This document shows, one piece after another, positions 1 to 9,587 of a DNA stretch of 64,000 bases. The translations under genes and the position numbers were made by a program. Position 1 is the first letter of the stretch; every line of letters starts with the position of its first letter. Source of the stretch: Bdellovibrionales bacterium (lineage in GTDB: Bacteria; Bdellovibrionota; Bdellovibrionia; Bdellovibrionales; JAGQZY01); NCBI GenBank assembly GCA_031426555.1, contig JANPLN010000002.1, forward strand, positions 32,001-96,000, read 5' to 3'. The notes below the pieces were generated by a model that saw nothing but the letters and a program-made list of their open reading frames with translations, was not told the origin of the DNA and did no database searches.

Positions 1-59
1 TTTGCAATAGCCTCGCAGCTCGTTTGACAATTAACTATGTACCATTTTTTTTCGCTCAC
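1..59 (-). CDS. nusG: Transcription termination/antitermination factor NusG, 5' end only (runs off window)
   Basis: Reverse strand reads GTG-SEKKWYIVNCQTSCEAIA, matching the NusG N-terminal WY motif; directly downstream of secE. Confidence 0.85.
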   Translation of the reverse strand, partial: MSEKKWYIVNCQTSCEAIA

Positions 60-69
60 AAATCACCCA

Positions 70-453
70 TTAAAATTCTAAGTCTAAAATAAATTCAATA
101 AGTTGGCTGGATACAATGTCGAACATCCAGAAAATAAGTGCAGCCAACAAAACAATTAAACAAACCACGATCGTCAACGACTTGGTGTCTTTCACAGACG
201 GCCAGACAATTTTACTGATTTCGAGAGCCACTTCACCCGCCCATGTGCGGATTTTGATGTTTGAAATCATATAAAAAAAGAAAATCGCACCAAAGGCAAC
301 TGGTACCCCGTGGGATACCAAATCATTGTTGGATATTCTTGCAAACGTTCCCCAGGCGCTGAGCACCTTTATAAGAACACTCACAACGTAACCAGCTAAA
401 ATAGCGGCGACGATGAAGCTGACCGTGATAATTTTGTTGTACGACTTTTCCAT
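70..453 (-). CDS. secE: Preprotein translocase subunit SecE (3-TM type)
   Basis: EISKIVWPS motif followed by a TM helix; lies between tRNA-Trp and nusG; ATG at 453 (GTG at 459 is an alternative). Confidence 0.92.
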   Translation of the reverse strand: MEKSYNKIITVSFIVAAILAGYVVSVLIKVLSAWGTFARISNNDLVSHGVPVAFGAIFFFYMISNIKIRTWAGEVALEISKIVWPSVKDTKSLTIVVCLIVLLAALIFWMFDIVSSQLIEFILDLEF

Positions 454-469
454 GTTCACCTTTGTAAAA

Positions 470-545
470 TGGCAGGGTAGGAGGGACTCGAACCCCCAAC
501 CGATCGATTTGGAGTCGATTACTCTACCAATTGAGCCACTACCCT
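470..545 (-). tRNA. tRNA-Trp (CCA)
   Basis: Cloverleaf AGGGTAG...CTACCCT, anticodon loop CT-CCA-AA, GTTCGAG T-loop, encoded CCA end. Confidence 0.97.
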
Positions 546-562
546 ACAATCGACGAAAAATT

Positions 563-586
563 AAAAGGCAGGAATCACCCTGCCTT
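563..586 (-). terminator. Hairpin after tuf (putative intrinsic terminator or processing stem)
   Basis: AAGGCAGG/CCTGCCTT stem followed by a T-rich tract on the minus strand, just after the tuf stop. Confidence 0.6.
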
Positions 587-598
587 ACTTCTTAACTA

Positions 599-1789
<1,191 letters not shown>

Positions 1790-1890
1790 GTTTTCGCCTC
1801 CTCAATGGATCGTTTAATTAATTGTTTCAAAACTTTCATTCACACAAAATGAATCTTCGCTCGCACGAATCACCAACCGCTGGCCCTTAC

Positions 1891-1965
1891 TGGTGCCGAT
1901 GGTGAGAATCGAACTCACGATCTCGCCCTTACCAAGGGCGTGCTCTACCCCTGAGCCACATCGGC
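1891..1965 (-). tRNA. tRNA-Thr (GGT)
   Basis: GCCGATG...CATCGGC-ACCA, anticodon loop TT-GGT-AA. Confidence 0.97.
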
Positions 1966-1969
1966 CGAT

Positions 1970-2046
1970 TGGAGCGGGAGACGGGTCTCGAACCCGCAAC
2001 CCTCAGCTTGGAAGGCTGATACTCTAGCCAATTGAGCTACTCCCGC
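1970..2046 (-). tRNA. tRNA-Gly (TCC)
   Basis: GCGGGAG...CTCCCGC-TCCA, anticodon loop CT-TCC-AA. Confidence 0.97.
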
Positions 2047-2178
2047 AAATTCACTTAAGCATCCGATTTTTATTTCTTAATGCGATATTTAGCAAACTGA
2101 AAGACGCAAAGAAAGAAAATGCCGCTAGATGTCTAGAGGCAAATGCTTAGAATTCTCTGGCGGAGAACACTAAAAAAA

Positions 2179-2264
2179 TGGTGGAGAGAGAAGGATTCGA
2201 ACCTTCGAAGGCATAAGCCAACAGATTTACAGTCTGTCCCCTTTGGCCACTTGGGTATCCCTCC
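2179..2264 (-). tRNA. tRNA-Tyr (GTA)
   Basis: Anticodon loop CT-GTA-AA, long variable arm, CCA end. Confidence 0.97.
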
Positions 2265-2284
2265 AAGATCTAAAACAAGAAAAA

Positions 2285-2360
2285 TGGTGCTGACTAAGGG
2301 ACTCGAACTCTCAACCTACTGATTACAAATCAGTTGCTCTACCAATTGAGCTAAGTCAGC
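2285..2360 (-). tRNA. tRNA-Thr (TGT)
   Basis: GCTGACT...AGTCAGC-ACCA, anticodon loop TT-TGT-AA; completes the canonical Thr-Tyr-Gly-Thr-tuf cluster. Confidence 0.97.
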
Positions 2361-2460
2361 ACAACCTCGCTTTTTAAAGCTCTAGGTGAAGGTTTTTAAT
2401 GGATTTAAGGGTTTTAAGTCAAACGAATTAAAGGTCTCAGACAAAATACTAAGAACTCGC

Positions 2461-3201
2461 TTACGTCCAACTTGGCTTTTTGTTTTTCATAAACTGCTGA
2501 CGCTCGAACTCGGCGAGCCCCAAGGCCACGGAGACCGACACGTTGTAACTCGCCTGCGCCTGAACCTGCGGAATGCTCAGCAATTCATCACATTCATTCA
2601 GAACTGGAATGCGAATGCCTTTTTCCTCGCTGCCGTAGACTAAAACGACCTTTTCGGGAAATTGGATATCGTAAAGGTTCTTCTGCGCCTTTTCGGAAAA
2701 GCCGTAGATCCAGTAGCCTTTGTCTTTGAGCGCTTTCATCTCTGACAAAAAATGCGTCTCAGACACCGGCACGTACTCGGCGCCGCCGGAAGCCACTTTG
2801 CTGGCAGTGGGGGTCATTTTGACGGAATTTTTTTCGGAGATAAAAATTTCGGAAGTTCCCATCAGCCATGCCGTTCGCACGATGGCGCCAAGATTGTGGG
2901 GATCTTCGACACCGTCGAGGAAAAGCACAGAGGACGAGCCAGCAAACTCGCGCGCTTTCGGCTGATGAGCCGTAAACACCGCGACGTTTTGATGGCCAAA
3001 CTCAGAAAGCTCTTTAAAAAAAGAAATGGATTTTTGTATTGGCTTCACTCGGGATTTTTGCAGCAGAGGCTGCCAAAAGACACTTTTTGCAATGGCTAAG
3101 TCTTGAAAGCAAATTTCTTGTATCTGCCCAGGATGAGAGCGGAAGCACTCGGCACTTGCATGAATTCCGGTGACCCACCGGCCTTTTTTTCTGTCGGCCA
3201 T
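2461..3201 (-). CDS. rlmB: TrmH/SpoU-family RNA methyltransferase (RlmB-like)
   Basis: DGVEDPHNLGAIVRTA, GSEEKG and SYNVSVS SPOUT motifs. Confidence 0.85.
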   Translation of the reverse strand: MADRKKGRWVTGIHASAECFRSHPGQIQEICFQDLAIAKSVFWQPLLQKSRVKPIQKSISFFKELSEFGHQNVAVFTAHQPKAREFAGSSSVLFLDGVEDPHNLGAIVRTAWLMGTSEIFISEKNSVKMTPTASKVASGGAEYVPVSETHFLSEMKALKDKGYWIYGFSEKAQKNLYDIQFPEKVVLVYGSEEKGIRIPVLNECDELLSIPQVQAQASYNVSVSVALGLAEFERQQFMKNKKPSWT

Positions 3202-4931
3202 TACAACTGTTCCTGCAACAGGCCGCGGGCGGTAGAGGCTACAATCTTGGCCGCTTCGCTCAGACTAATATTCTGCGTGGCTTTGCTCTTCCGCGGAGTC
3301 AATTCGATTTGCCCTGCCTCAATTCCTTTTTTTCCTAGCGTTAAGCGGAGGGGTGAACCCAGAAGGTCGGCATCTTTAAATTTTACGCCGGGTCGCTCGT
3401 CGCGATCGTCGATAAAATAGTCGATCTTGGCCTCATCGAGAGCCGCAGTGATTTGCTTGAGCACCGAAAGAATTTTTTCATCTTTATCCAGCAAACAAAC
3501 ATGCACCACGTAGGGAGCAATGGCGGCGGGCCAGATCATGCCATCGGCATCGTGGGCTTGTTCAATGGCCGCCTGCACCGTGCGTGTGACGCCGATCCCA
3601 TAACAACCCATTTCGACAATTTTACTTTTTCCATCGCGATCTAAGAAATTTATATTCATGGCATCGGAGTATTTTTTGCCGAGATAAAAAATATGTCCCA
3701 CTTCGCTTCCGCGAACGGCCTTTAATGTGCCACTACAAGACGGGCATTTATCACCTTCGCGAACGAGAGCAATATCGCCGTTGAAGTGCACCTTGAAATC
3801 GCGCACAGGGTTTACGTTTTTAAGGTGGTAACCATCTTCGTTGGCGCCAACAACCATATTGATCTTGGATTGCAATGCAGAGTCCAAGACGACTGCTGCC
3901 GACGTGAGTCCTACCGGGCCGCAGCTTCCAGGATGGGCTTTGGTGATTTGCAAAACTTCGTCCTCCGTGCACATCTCTGCGTCTACGGTTTGATTCACCA
4001 CTTTTTTAACCTTGATCAAATTCACTTCGCGATTTCCAGGGACCAGGAGCGCATAGAACTTAGGTTTATTATCTTTTGTGAATTTAACGAAAAATGTTTT
4101 TACCAGTTCAGACTCTGGCGTGTTAAGACTTTTTGCGAGATCGGCAATTGTTTTTAATCCAGGAGTGGCGAATTTTTCTAAAGCGCCAGGTGAACCAGAA
4201 GATGCCGGGCTTGCTGCCACAACAGGAGTGATTTCTTCGTTGGAGGCGTAATCGCATTTGTCGCAGATAAACAATTTATCCATTCCCGATTCGGAGAGGA
4301 CTTGAAACTCATGGGATTGATTTCCACCAATGGCGCCAGTGTCCGCCTCCACAGCGCGAAAATCAAAGCCCACGCGCTTAAAAATATTATGATACGCCTG
4401 GCGCATTTTTTCGTAGCTCTCTTGGGCTTTTTCTTTAGTGTCGTCGAAGGTGTAGGCATCTTTCATGATAAATTCGCGGCCGCGCATGAGACCAAAGCGC
4501 GGACGGATTTCGTCGCGGTATTTGGTTTGAATTTGATACAGACTCACAGGCAAATTGCGATAGCTTTTGAGATCCTTGCGAACAAAATCGCTCACCACTT
4601 CTTCGTGGGTGGCGCCCAAGCAAAAATCTTGGTCGTTTTTATTTTTAAATTTTAACAACTCGCCCATATGGGGCCAACGACCCGACTCATCCCACAACGA
4701 TCGCGGTTGCACCATGGGCATTAAAATCTCTTCGCACTGAATTTTTGCAAGCTCGTCGCGAATGATGTTTTCCAGTTTACGAATCGCGCGGAGCCCCGTT
4801 TGGCTGTAGGTAAAAATTCCCGGTGCGACTTTTTTTATGACTCCCGCGCGCATAAACAGCTGATGACTGATGATCTCTGCATCGGCAGGGGGTTCTTTCA
4901 TGGTGAATAAAAACGATTGTGACCATTTCAT
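3201..4931 (-). CDS. proS: Proline--tRNA ligase (with INS editing domain)
   Basis: LGATHEE, RDEIRPRFGLMRGREF and MGCYGIG motifs; start set at MKWSQ. Confidence 0.97.
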   Translation of the reverse strand: MKWSQSFLFTMKEPPADAEIISHQLFMRAGVIKKVAPGIFTYSQTGLRAIRKLENIIRDELAKIQCEEILMPMVQPRSLWDESGRWPHMGELLKFKNKNDQDFCLGATHEEVVSDFVRKDLKSYRNLPVSLYQIQTKYRDEIRPRFGLMRGREFIMKDAYTFDDTKEKAQESYEKMRQAYHNIFKRVGFDFRAVEADTGAIGGNQSHEFQVLSESGMDKLFICDKCDYASNEEITPVVAASPASSGSPGALEKFATPGLKTIADLAKSLNTPESELVKTFFVKFTKDNKPKFYALLVPGNREVNLIKVKKVVNQTVDAEMCTEDEVLQITKAHPGSCGPVGLTSAAVVLDSALQSKINMVVGANEDGYHLKNVNPVRDFKVHFNGDIALVREGDKCPSCSGTLKAVRGSEVGHIFYLGKKYSDAMNINFLDRDGKSKIVEMGCYGIGVTRTVQAAIEQAHDADGMIWPAAIAPYVVHVCLLDKDEKILSVLKQITAALDEAKIDYFIDDRDERPGVKFKDADLLGSPLRLTLGKKGIEAGQIELTPRKSKATQNISLSEAAKIVASTARGLLQEQL

Positions 4932-4981
4932 GGAAAAGCCTTTCAGTTGCTTCTGGAATGTCACCGTTATACTATGCTGGC

Positions 4982-5479
4982 ATGAAAAGCAAAAGAGCTA
5001 TTTATGCCGGAAGTTTTGATCCTTTAACACTTGGGCATTTGTGGGTGATCAAACAGGCGTCCCAGTTATTTGATGAACTCACCGTGGCCATTGGTGAAAA
5101 TCCTGGTAAAAAATATCTGTTTTCGGTGAAGCAACGCAAAAAGCACGTTGAAGAGGCCATGAAGGATTTAAAAATTGGCGGCAATGTTTCCATCGCTGTA
5201 ATAAATAATAAATTTTTAGTGAAGCATGCGGAGGAGAGCAAAATCCCTTATTTGGTGCGTGGCATTCGAGGTGCTAACGATTTTAATTACGAACTGGTCA
5301 TGAATCAAGTGAACCGCGAAATGTCGCCCAAGATTGAAACGATCTATTTGATTCCGCCTGCGGAAATGTCGCAAATCAGCTCGAGCATGGTCAAAGGCCT
5401 GGTGGGCCCTGAAGGTTGGGAAAAGGCGATTTTAAAGTACATTCCTAAGAATGTCCTGTCTGATCTCAAGAAGATTTAA
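4982..5479 (+). CDS. coaD: Phosphopantetheine adenylyltransferase
   Basis: YAGSFDPLTLGH, VRGIR and ISSSMVK motifs. Confidence 0.95.
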   Translation: MKSKRAIYAGSFDPLTLGHLWVIKQASQLFDELTVAIGENPGKKYLFSVKQRKKHVEEAMKDLKIGGNVSIAVINNKFLVKHAEESKIPYLVRGIRGANDFNYELVMNQVNREMSPKIETIYLIPPAEMSQISSSMVKGLVGPEGWEKAILKYIPKNVLSDLKKI

Positions 5480-5545
5480 CTCCATTGTCCGAAATAATTT
5501 GCATGAAATCTTTGCCCAATCCAGAAGGATTGGGCGAGCGTTTAC

Positions 5546-7471
5546 TTACTGTTCTATGAGAAAACCATTTTCGTCGAATCGGGCTCTGGCGTGCTTAGGT
5601 AGAGTGACAAGGCTTCCTGACTGGGAAGTGAATGTACTTTCCTCTCCTAAGTGGATATCCCGTGCCACACCGTTGGGATGTAATTCGACAAAATCCAAGC
5701 CTATGTATTTTTGACCTCGGATCAAAACCTCAATTGATTGATTATTGAGATAAACGGTTTTCAGATTACCATCTGAAAAGAACCCTATACCATCATTACG
5801 AGAGTCCTCAGAAAAGTACTGTTTACCAAATAGAAGAACGGAAGAACCCTTGAGAAGACCACACCACTGGAGCTTTTGATTGGGCCAAACACTTAGATTT
5901 CCGCCTGAGTCATCGGCAATGCAGGTAAAATCATGGGGTGGAACCAAAAAGCGGTACATCCCCATTTCGGCCGTTATATCCCCGAAAATACTAAAGTCTG
6001 ATCCTTCCTCTAAAGGGACATTAAACCCAAATAAATTGACGAACTGATTTGCCGTCACGATACCAGCTTCGATACGCCCCGACTGATCGAACTTGACTCG
6101 CCCAGTGAGACTGATTGATTGGTTGTTTTGAGAATAGGTTATTACATTCTTAGTGTAAGCTTCGGAAACGAGCCCATCGGTAAATGTCTTAAAACTCGGG
6201 TTGAATTGAGAGGAAGTAGGGAGCTCATAAGCAGCTTCAGGTTGAACGTCGATGTATCCTCCGGTGTAGCGAAGGCGAGCCGGCTGCGTGTGGCAGCCCA
6301 AGTTAAGACTTGCGCCCGCGTCGAAGCCCAAGCAACTCAAAGTCAATTTATCTGGGCTCAAAGGGCTGCTGATTGTTATCGGATTGAATAAGGTGGCATA
6401 TTTAACAGTTCCGTTCTTATTAAATAGAACTCGATTAAAGTTTATTTTGAGATGGCCAACGGACGAAGCTATGGTGAGGCTAGTTAAATCCATATTATCC
6501 AAATTTTTTACCATTCCATTTTCGTAGAAATCCATGGATTGGATTCCTTTGCCAGAGCTCACAAAGCGATTCCCATTAATAACCAGGTCGTACCCCTTTG
6601 GAAACAGTTGGGTTGGTTCGCCATAAAATTTAGACATTTGACTCACTAATCCATTTGGGTGGAAACGCACAAACGTTGATGGCGAAATTTCTAGCAGTTG
6701 ACCACCAACCACAGGAACCCAAGAGAGATGGGAAACATATCCCTCTTTTGGGGAGCCATCGGAATAGTAACTAATTTTGTAAAGATAAAGACGATCGTAT
6801 CCCGGCAGCATATCGTACGTTGGAAAGTTTACTTTCAGCATGGAGTCCGAAAACTCTTTTGTGGTGACACTTGCGAATTCTTGCGAAGCGATCCAGGCGT
6901 TGAGCTTGCGAGCTTTGATGGAATTGCGATGGCCATTTTGCGTGGCCTCTTCGTAGATAATCTCGTGCATGATCAATCCGGCCTTCTGGTCATTGTCCAG
7001 CTGGTTCCAGATGTCTTGGTTGATGAGATATTTTTTGCCGGGCACTCGCTGATCTGGGAGTCGAATTGCGAGCTGTCTGATTTTGCATTGCACGGGCAGA
7101 ACAAGATGAGCTGAGTCTTGGATGTCTTGCAACTCTTGCCCCTGCAGCTACAGTACATTACTAAAGAATTTATCAAACGCTGCTTTGTAGTTTAATGAAC
7201 GCACCGGCGAAACCTTGGTGAGACGGTCCAGATACATTTGAACTTTATTTTCCACAGAAACTGTGGGACCGCCGAGATCCATGACAAAAGTTGAATTTAA
7301 AATGCCGGCCTCGTAGAAGTCGAGAAGTTTATGCGCGAAGGGATAACCGCCGGGGCATTCGACAACGTCGCCGCCGTTACCCACGTCGCCGCCGTCGACG
7401 GCACTTATCTTTGCATGGGCAAGAATGCACAGTGTTTGCAAAAGTCCTATTAAAATAATCTTCTTAAGCAT
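5546..7471 (-). pseudogene. Secreted protein (signal peptide, GGDVGNGG motif, HEIIY motif, C-terminal F-x-x-N/D-G beta repeats) interrupted by one in-frame TAG at 7148-7150
   Basis: ORFs 7148..7471 and 5546..7132 are in the same frame and read ...FFSNVL*LQGQELQDIQDS...; repeated FHPNG/FYENG/FNKNG/FDQSG/FFSDG/LHPNG/FDENG units. Confidence 0.7.
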
Positions 7472-8303
7472 CGCTGCTCCTTTTGTTGAATTCTTTTGTT
7501 AAAGGGAAAAATTGGATTTGGATTTGAAATAACTGATTGCCGGAATTTTCTTCGAGAAGTTTACAAAAACGTTTGCGAAAATCGCGGATTAAATTTTTTG
7601 CTTCTTGGATATTTTTTGAGCTCATTATAAATGTGGACGCCTGAAACTCCCGATTCTCAACGGCAAATAAGCGCACCGCCTGCTTGGCAATTTCCATGGA
7701 GTTCTCGTGGTACTTTTTTACGGCTTCTTGGCTGATTTCGTTTTCGGTGGCAACGCGCTCCGAAGTGACTTCATACTCGCCCTCGGAGTTCAGCTGGATG
7801 AGACCACAGTGAACGAGGTCTTTTAAACACTGGCTGATTTCGGACGGTAGGACTTTAAAGTTAAAAATTTTCGAAAGCCACTTTGGGTCGGACACAAAAT
7901 AGTTCGTTTGAATCATCTCACGCAGTGCCAAGCCATACCACTTGGATAAAATAATAAAAGTGTCGTTATCTAATATTTTTAATGTCGTATGGGGATTCTC
8001 TTTGCCAATCTTCTCGAGCAATGCAAGGGCCAGGCGTGGATCTGCTTTTACTTTATGAAAGCGAATCAGATCTTTAAAGTACTCAGACTCTGAATCGCTA
8101 AATTCAAAGTAAGAAATCAGGCTTTCGGTCAGTTTTCGCCCTGGCAATCTTTCGCCAGATATCACCTTGCTGATAGACGACGTCGATCGCAGCTCCAGCT
8201 GCTGGGCCCAACGACCCAAGGTCCACTTTGGCTGGATTTTCTTTTTGTTCTGCAAATGCGCAATCAAGTAAGACCGATAATCTGTAAAGTGTTTAACCTT
8301 CAT
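7464..8303 (-). CDS. TIGR02147/DUF4423-like protein with N-terminal HTH
   Basis: DYRSYL...HTH...GERLPG N-terminus, KWYGLALREM, KKYH, ENREF and QIQIQFFPL; 279 aa. Confidence 0.85.
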   Translation of the reverse strand: MKVKHFTDYRSYLIAHLQNKKKIQPKWTLGRWAQQLELRSTSSISKVISGERLPGRKLTESLISYFEFSDSESEYFKDLIRFHKVKADPRLALALLEKIGKENPHTTLKILDNDTFIILSKWYGLALREMIQTNYFVSDPKWLSKIFNFKVLPSEISQCLKDLVHCGLIQLNSEGEYEVTSERVATENEISQEAVKKYHENSMEIAKQAVRLFAVENREFQASTFIMSSKNIQEAKNLIRDFRKRFCKLLEENSGNQLFQIQIQFFPLTKEFNKRSSDA

Positions 8304-8343
8304 CCCATCCCCAATTCATTTGTGATTTAGTATTCCCAGATTG

Positions 8344-8403
8344 TTGGCAAAGTGAAACAAAAATTTGGCAAATATCGTTTTTTGCGTTGGCAAGTTTTGC
8401 CAA
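8344..8403. promoter_or_regulatory. Phased TTGGCAA repeats (putative operator array)
   Basis: TTGGCAA at 8344, 8365 and 8387 (21 and 22 bp apart) plus inverted TTGCCAA at 8397. Confidence 0.55.
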
Positions 8404-8532
8404 ATCAGCAGCGAATAGCTCGGAGGCAGCGAGTTTTCGCTGGCACGCAGCAAGTTAGGCCCTTCGTCTGACTTAATGCTAGATTTCTGGGGCGCTTTTC
8501 ACTTTGCGGCCCATTCGCCGTAAACTGTCCCT

Positions 8533-9543
8533 ATGCGGAAGTTTTTGGTTTTGGGTTTGATAGGTGTTGGCGTGCTCGCTTGGTTGCTATGGCCAAGACC
8601 TGGGGTCTCCGTAAATAAAAAATCTGCGACACTCATAAAAAAGCAGGCTATCCTTCGAGCCTCTCAACCTCCTGCCCAGATAATTGCCGTTACGGAAACT
8701 CAGCAGGTTCCTCCTCCCATATCCGAACAGGACGCCGAATCCTTAGGAAACGAGTGTTATGCGAAACTTATCGAAGGCGCAATTCCGAGCCTCAACGAAT
8801 TCCGTAAAAAAATCACAGACGATCCCTTTGCACCCGTCGGTTTATGGATGTACGACAAGTCTGCGCCAATAAAACCCGCAGCCAATCCTTCAGCCTCGGA
8901 TTTTTTCTTACGTGGATTAGCCAACGCAAATTTGCTGCCGGGCCGGGAAAACAAAGAACCCAATTTGAATTTTGCGTTGGAATTATTGCTCAAAGCCCAA
9001 GAGAAGGATCCAAAAAATTCAGCTATCATTATTTTTGCGGCACTCCTTAAGAAGCAGCTTGGGGACGAACAGGGAGCGCAGGAGTTGATGGAGCAGGTGA
9101 ATGTGAACGAGATGAAGTTTGAGACGTATGAGATCGATACTATTTTCCACATGTACAAGTATATTAAAAATACGAAGGATGTTTTAAATTTTATCCAAGT
9201 TCGCGAAAAAATGCCCATTGTAGAACCCTTTCAAATCAAAAAATTTATTATCGAACAGGGGCGCCAGGATATTGGCTACTTGATGGTGCAAAATGAGCTC
9301 GATCCGGAAAGCCGTTATCATACGAGTCCAGATGGAGACATTCTATTTTTCTCCACCGGTCGCTCACTGGTCAGGGATATTTCCTCGTCTGATGTCGAAA
9401 AACTTCCACATCCCCATCAATTGATGGAAAAAATGAAAGATCACATTCAATACAAACTGGTGGATGTGGCCGATCTTGGGAGGGGTTGTGAGATTGAAAA
9501 ACTGCAACCTTATGTAGACTACTTCCAAAGTATCGCGAAGTAA
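8533..9543 (+). CDS. Hypothetical membrane-anchored protein
   Basis: 336-aa ORF with an N-terminal hydrophobic anchor and a helical, TPR-like segment (AQEKDPKNSA). Confidence 0.75.
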   Translation: MRKFLVLGLIGVGVLAWLLWPRPGVSVNKKSATLIKKQAILRASQPPAQIIAVTETQQVPPPISEQDAESLGNECYAKLIEGAIPSLNEFRKKITDDPFAPVGLWMYDKSAPIKPAANPSASDFFLRGLANANLLPGRENKEPNLNFALELLLKAQEKDPKNSAIIIFAALLKKQLGDEQGAQELMEQVNVNEMKFETYEIDTIFHMYKYIKNTKDVLNFIQVREKMPIVEPFQIKKFIIEQGRQDIGYLMVQNELDPESRYHTSPDGDILFFSTGRSLVRDISSSDVEKLPHPHQLMEKMKDHIQYKLVDVADLGRGCEIEKLQPYVDYFQSIAK

Positions 9544-9546
9544 GAA

Positions 9547-9570
9547 GTCCTTCGCTTTGCTCAGGATGAC
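9547..9570 (+). repeat. REP-like short palindromic element GTCCTTCGCTTTGCTCAGGATGAC
   Basis: Imperfect hairpin between convergent genes; related copies at 49108-49162. Confidence 0.6.
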
Positions 9571-9587
9571 TGGCTGTTTAGGACGAC

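Noticed and set aside
2047..2178. ncRNA in the tRNA-Tyr/tRNA-Gly spacer
   Set aside because: Only short stems are visible; consistent with an ordinary tRNA operon spacer.
7148..7150. Genome-wide TAG recoding (alternative code or pyrrolysine)
   Set aside because: TAG terminates conserved genes at their expected ends (tuf, nuoCD, lptB), and no suppressor tRNA or pyl gene is seen in the window.
8440..8456. Sigma54 promoter at CTGGCACGCAGCAAGTT
   Set aside because: Good -24 element, but GT instead of GC at -12.
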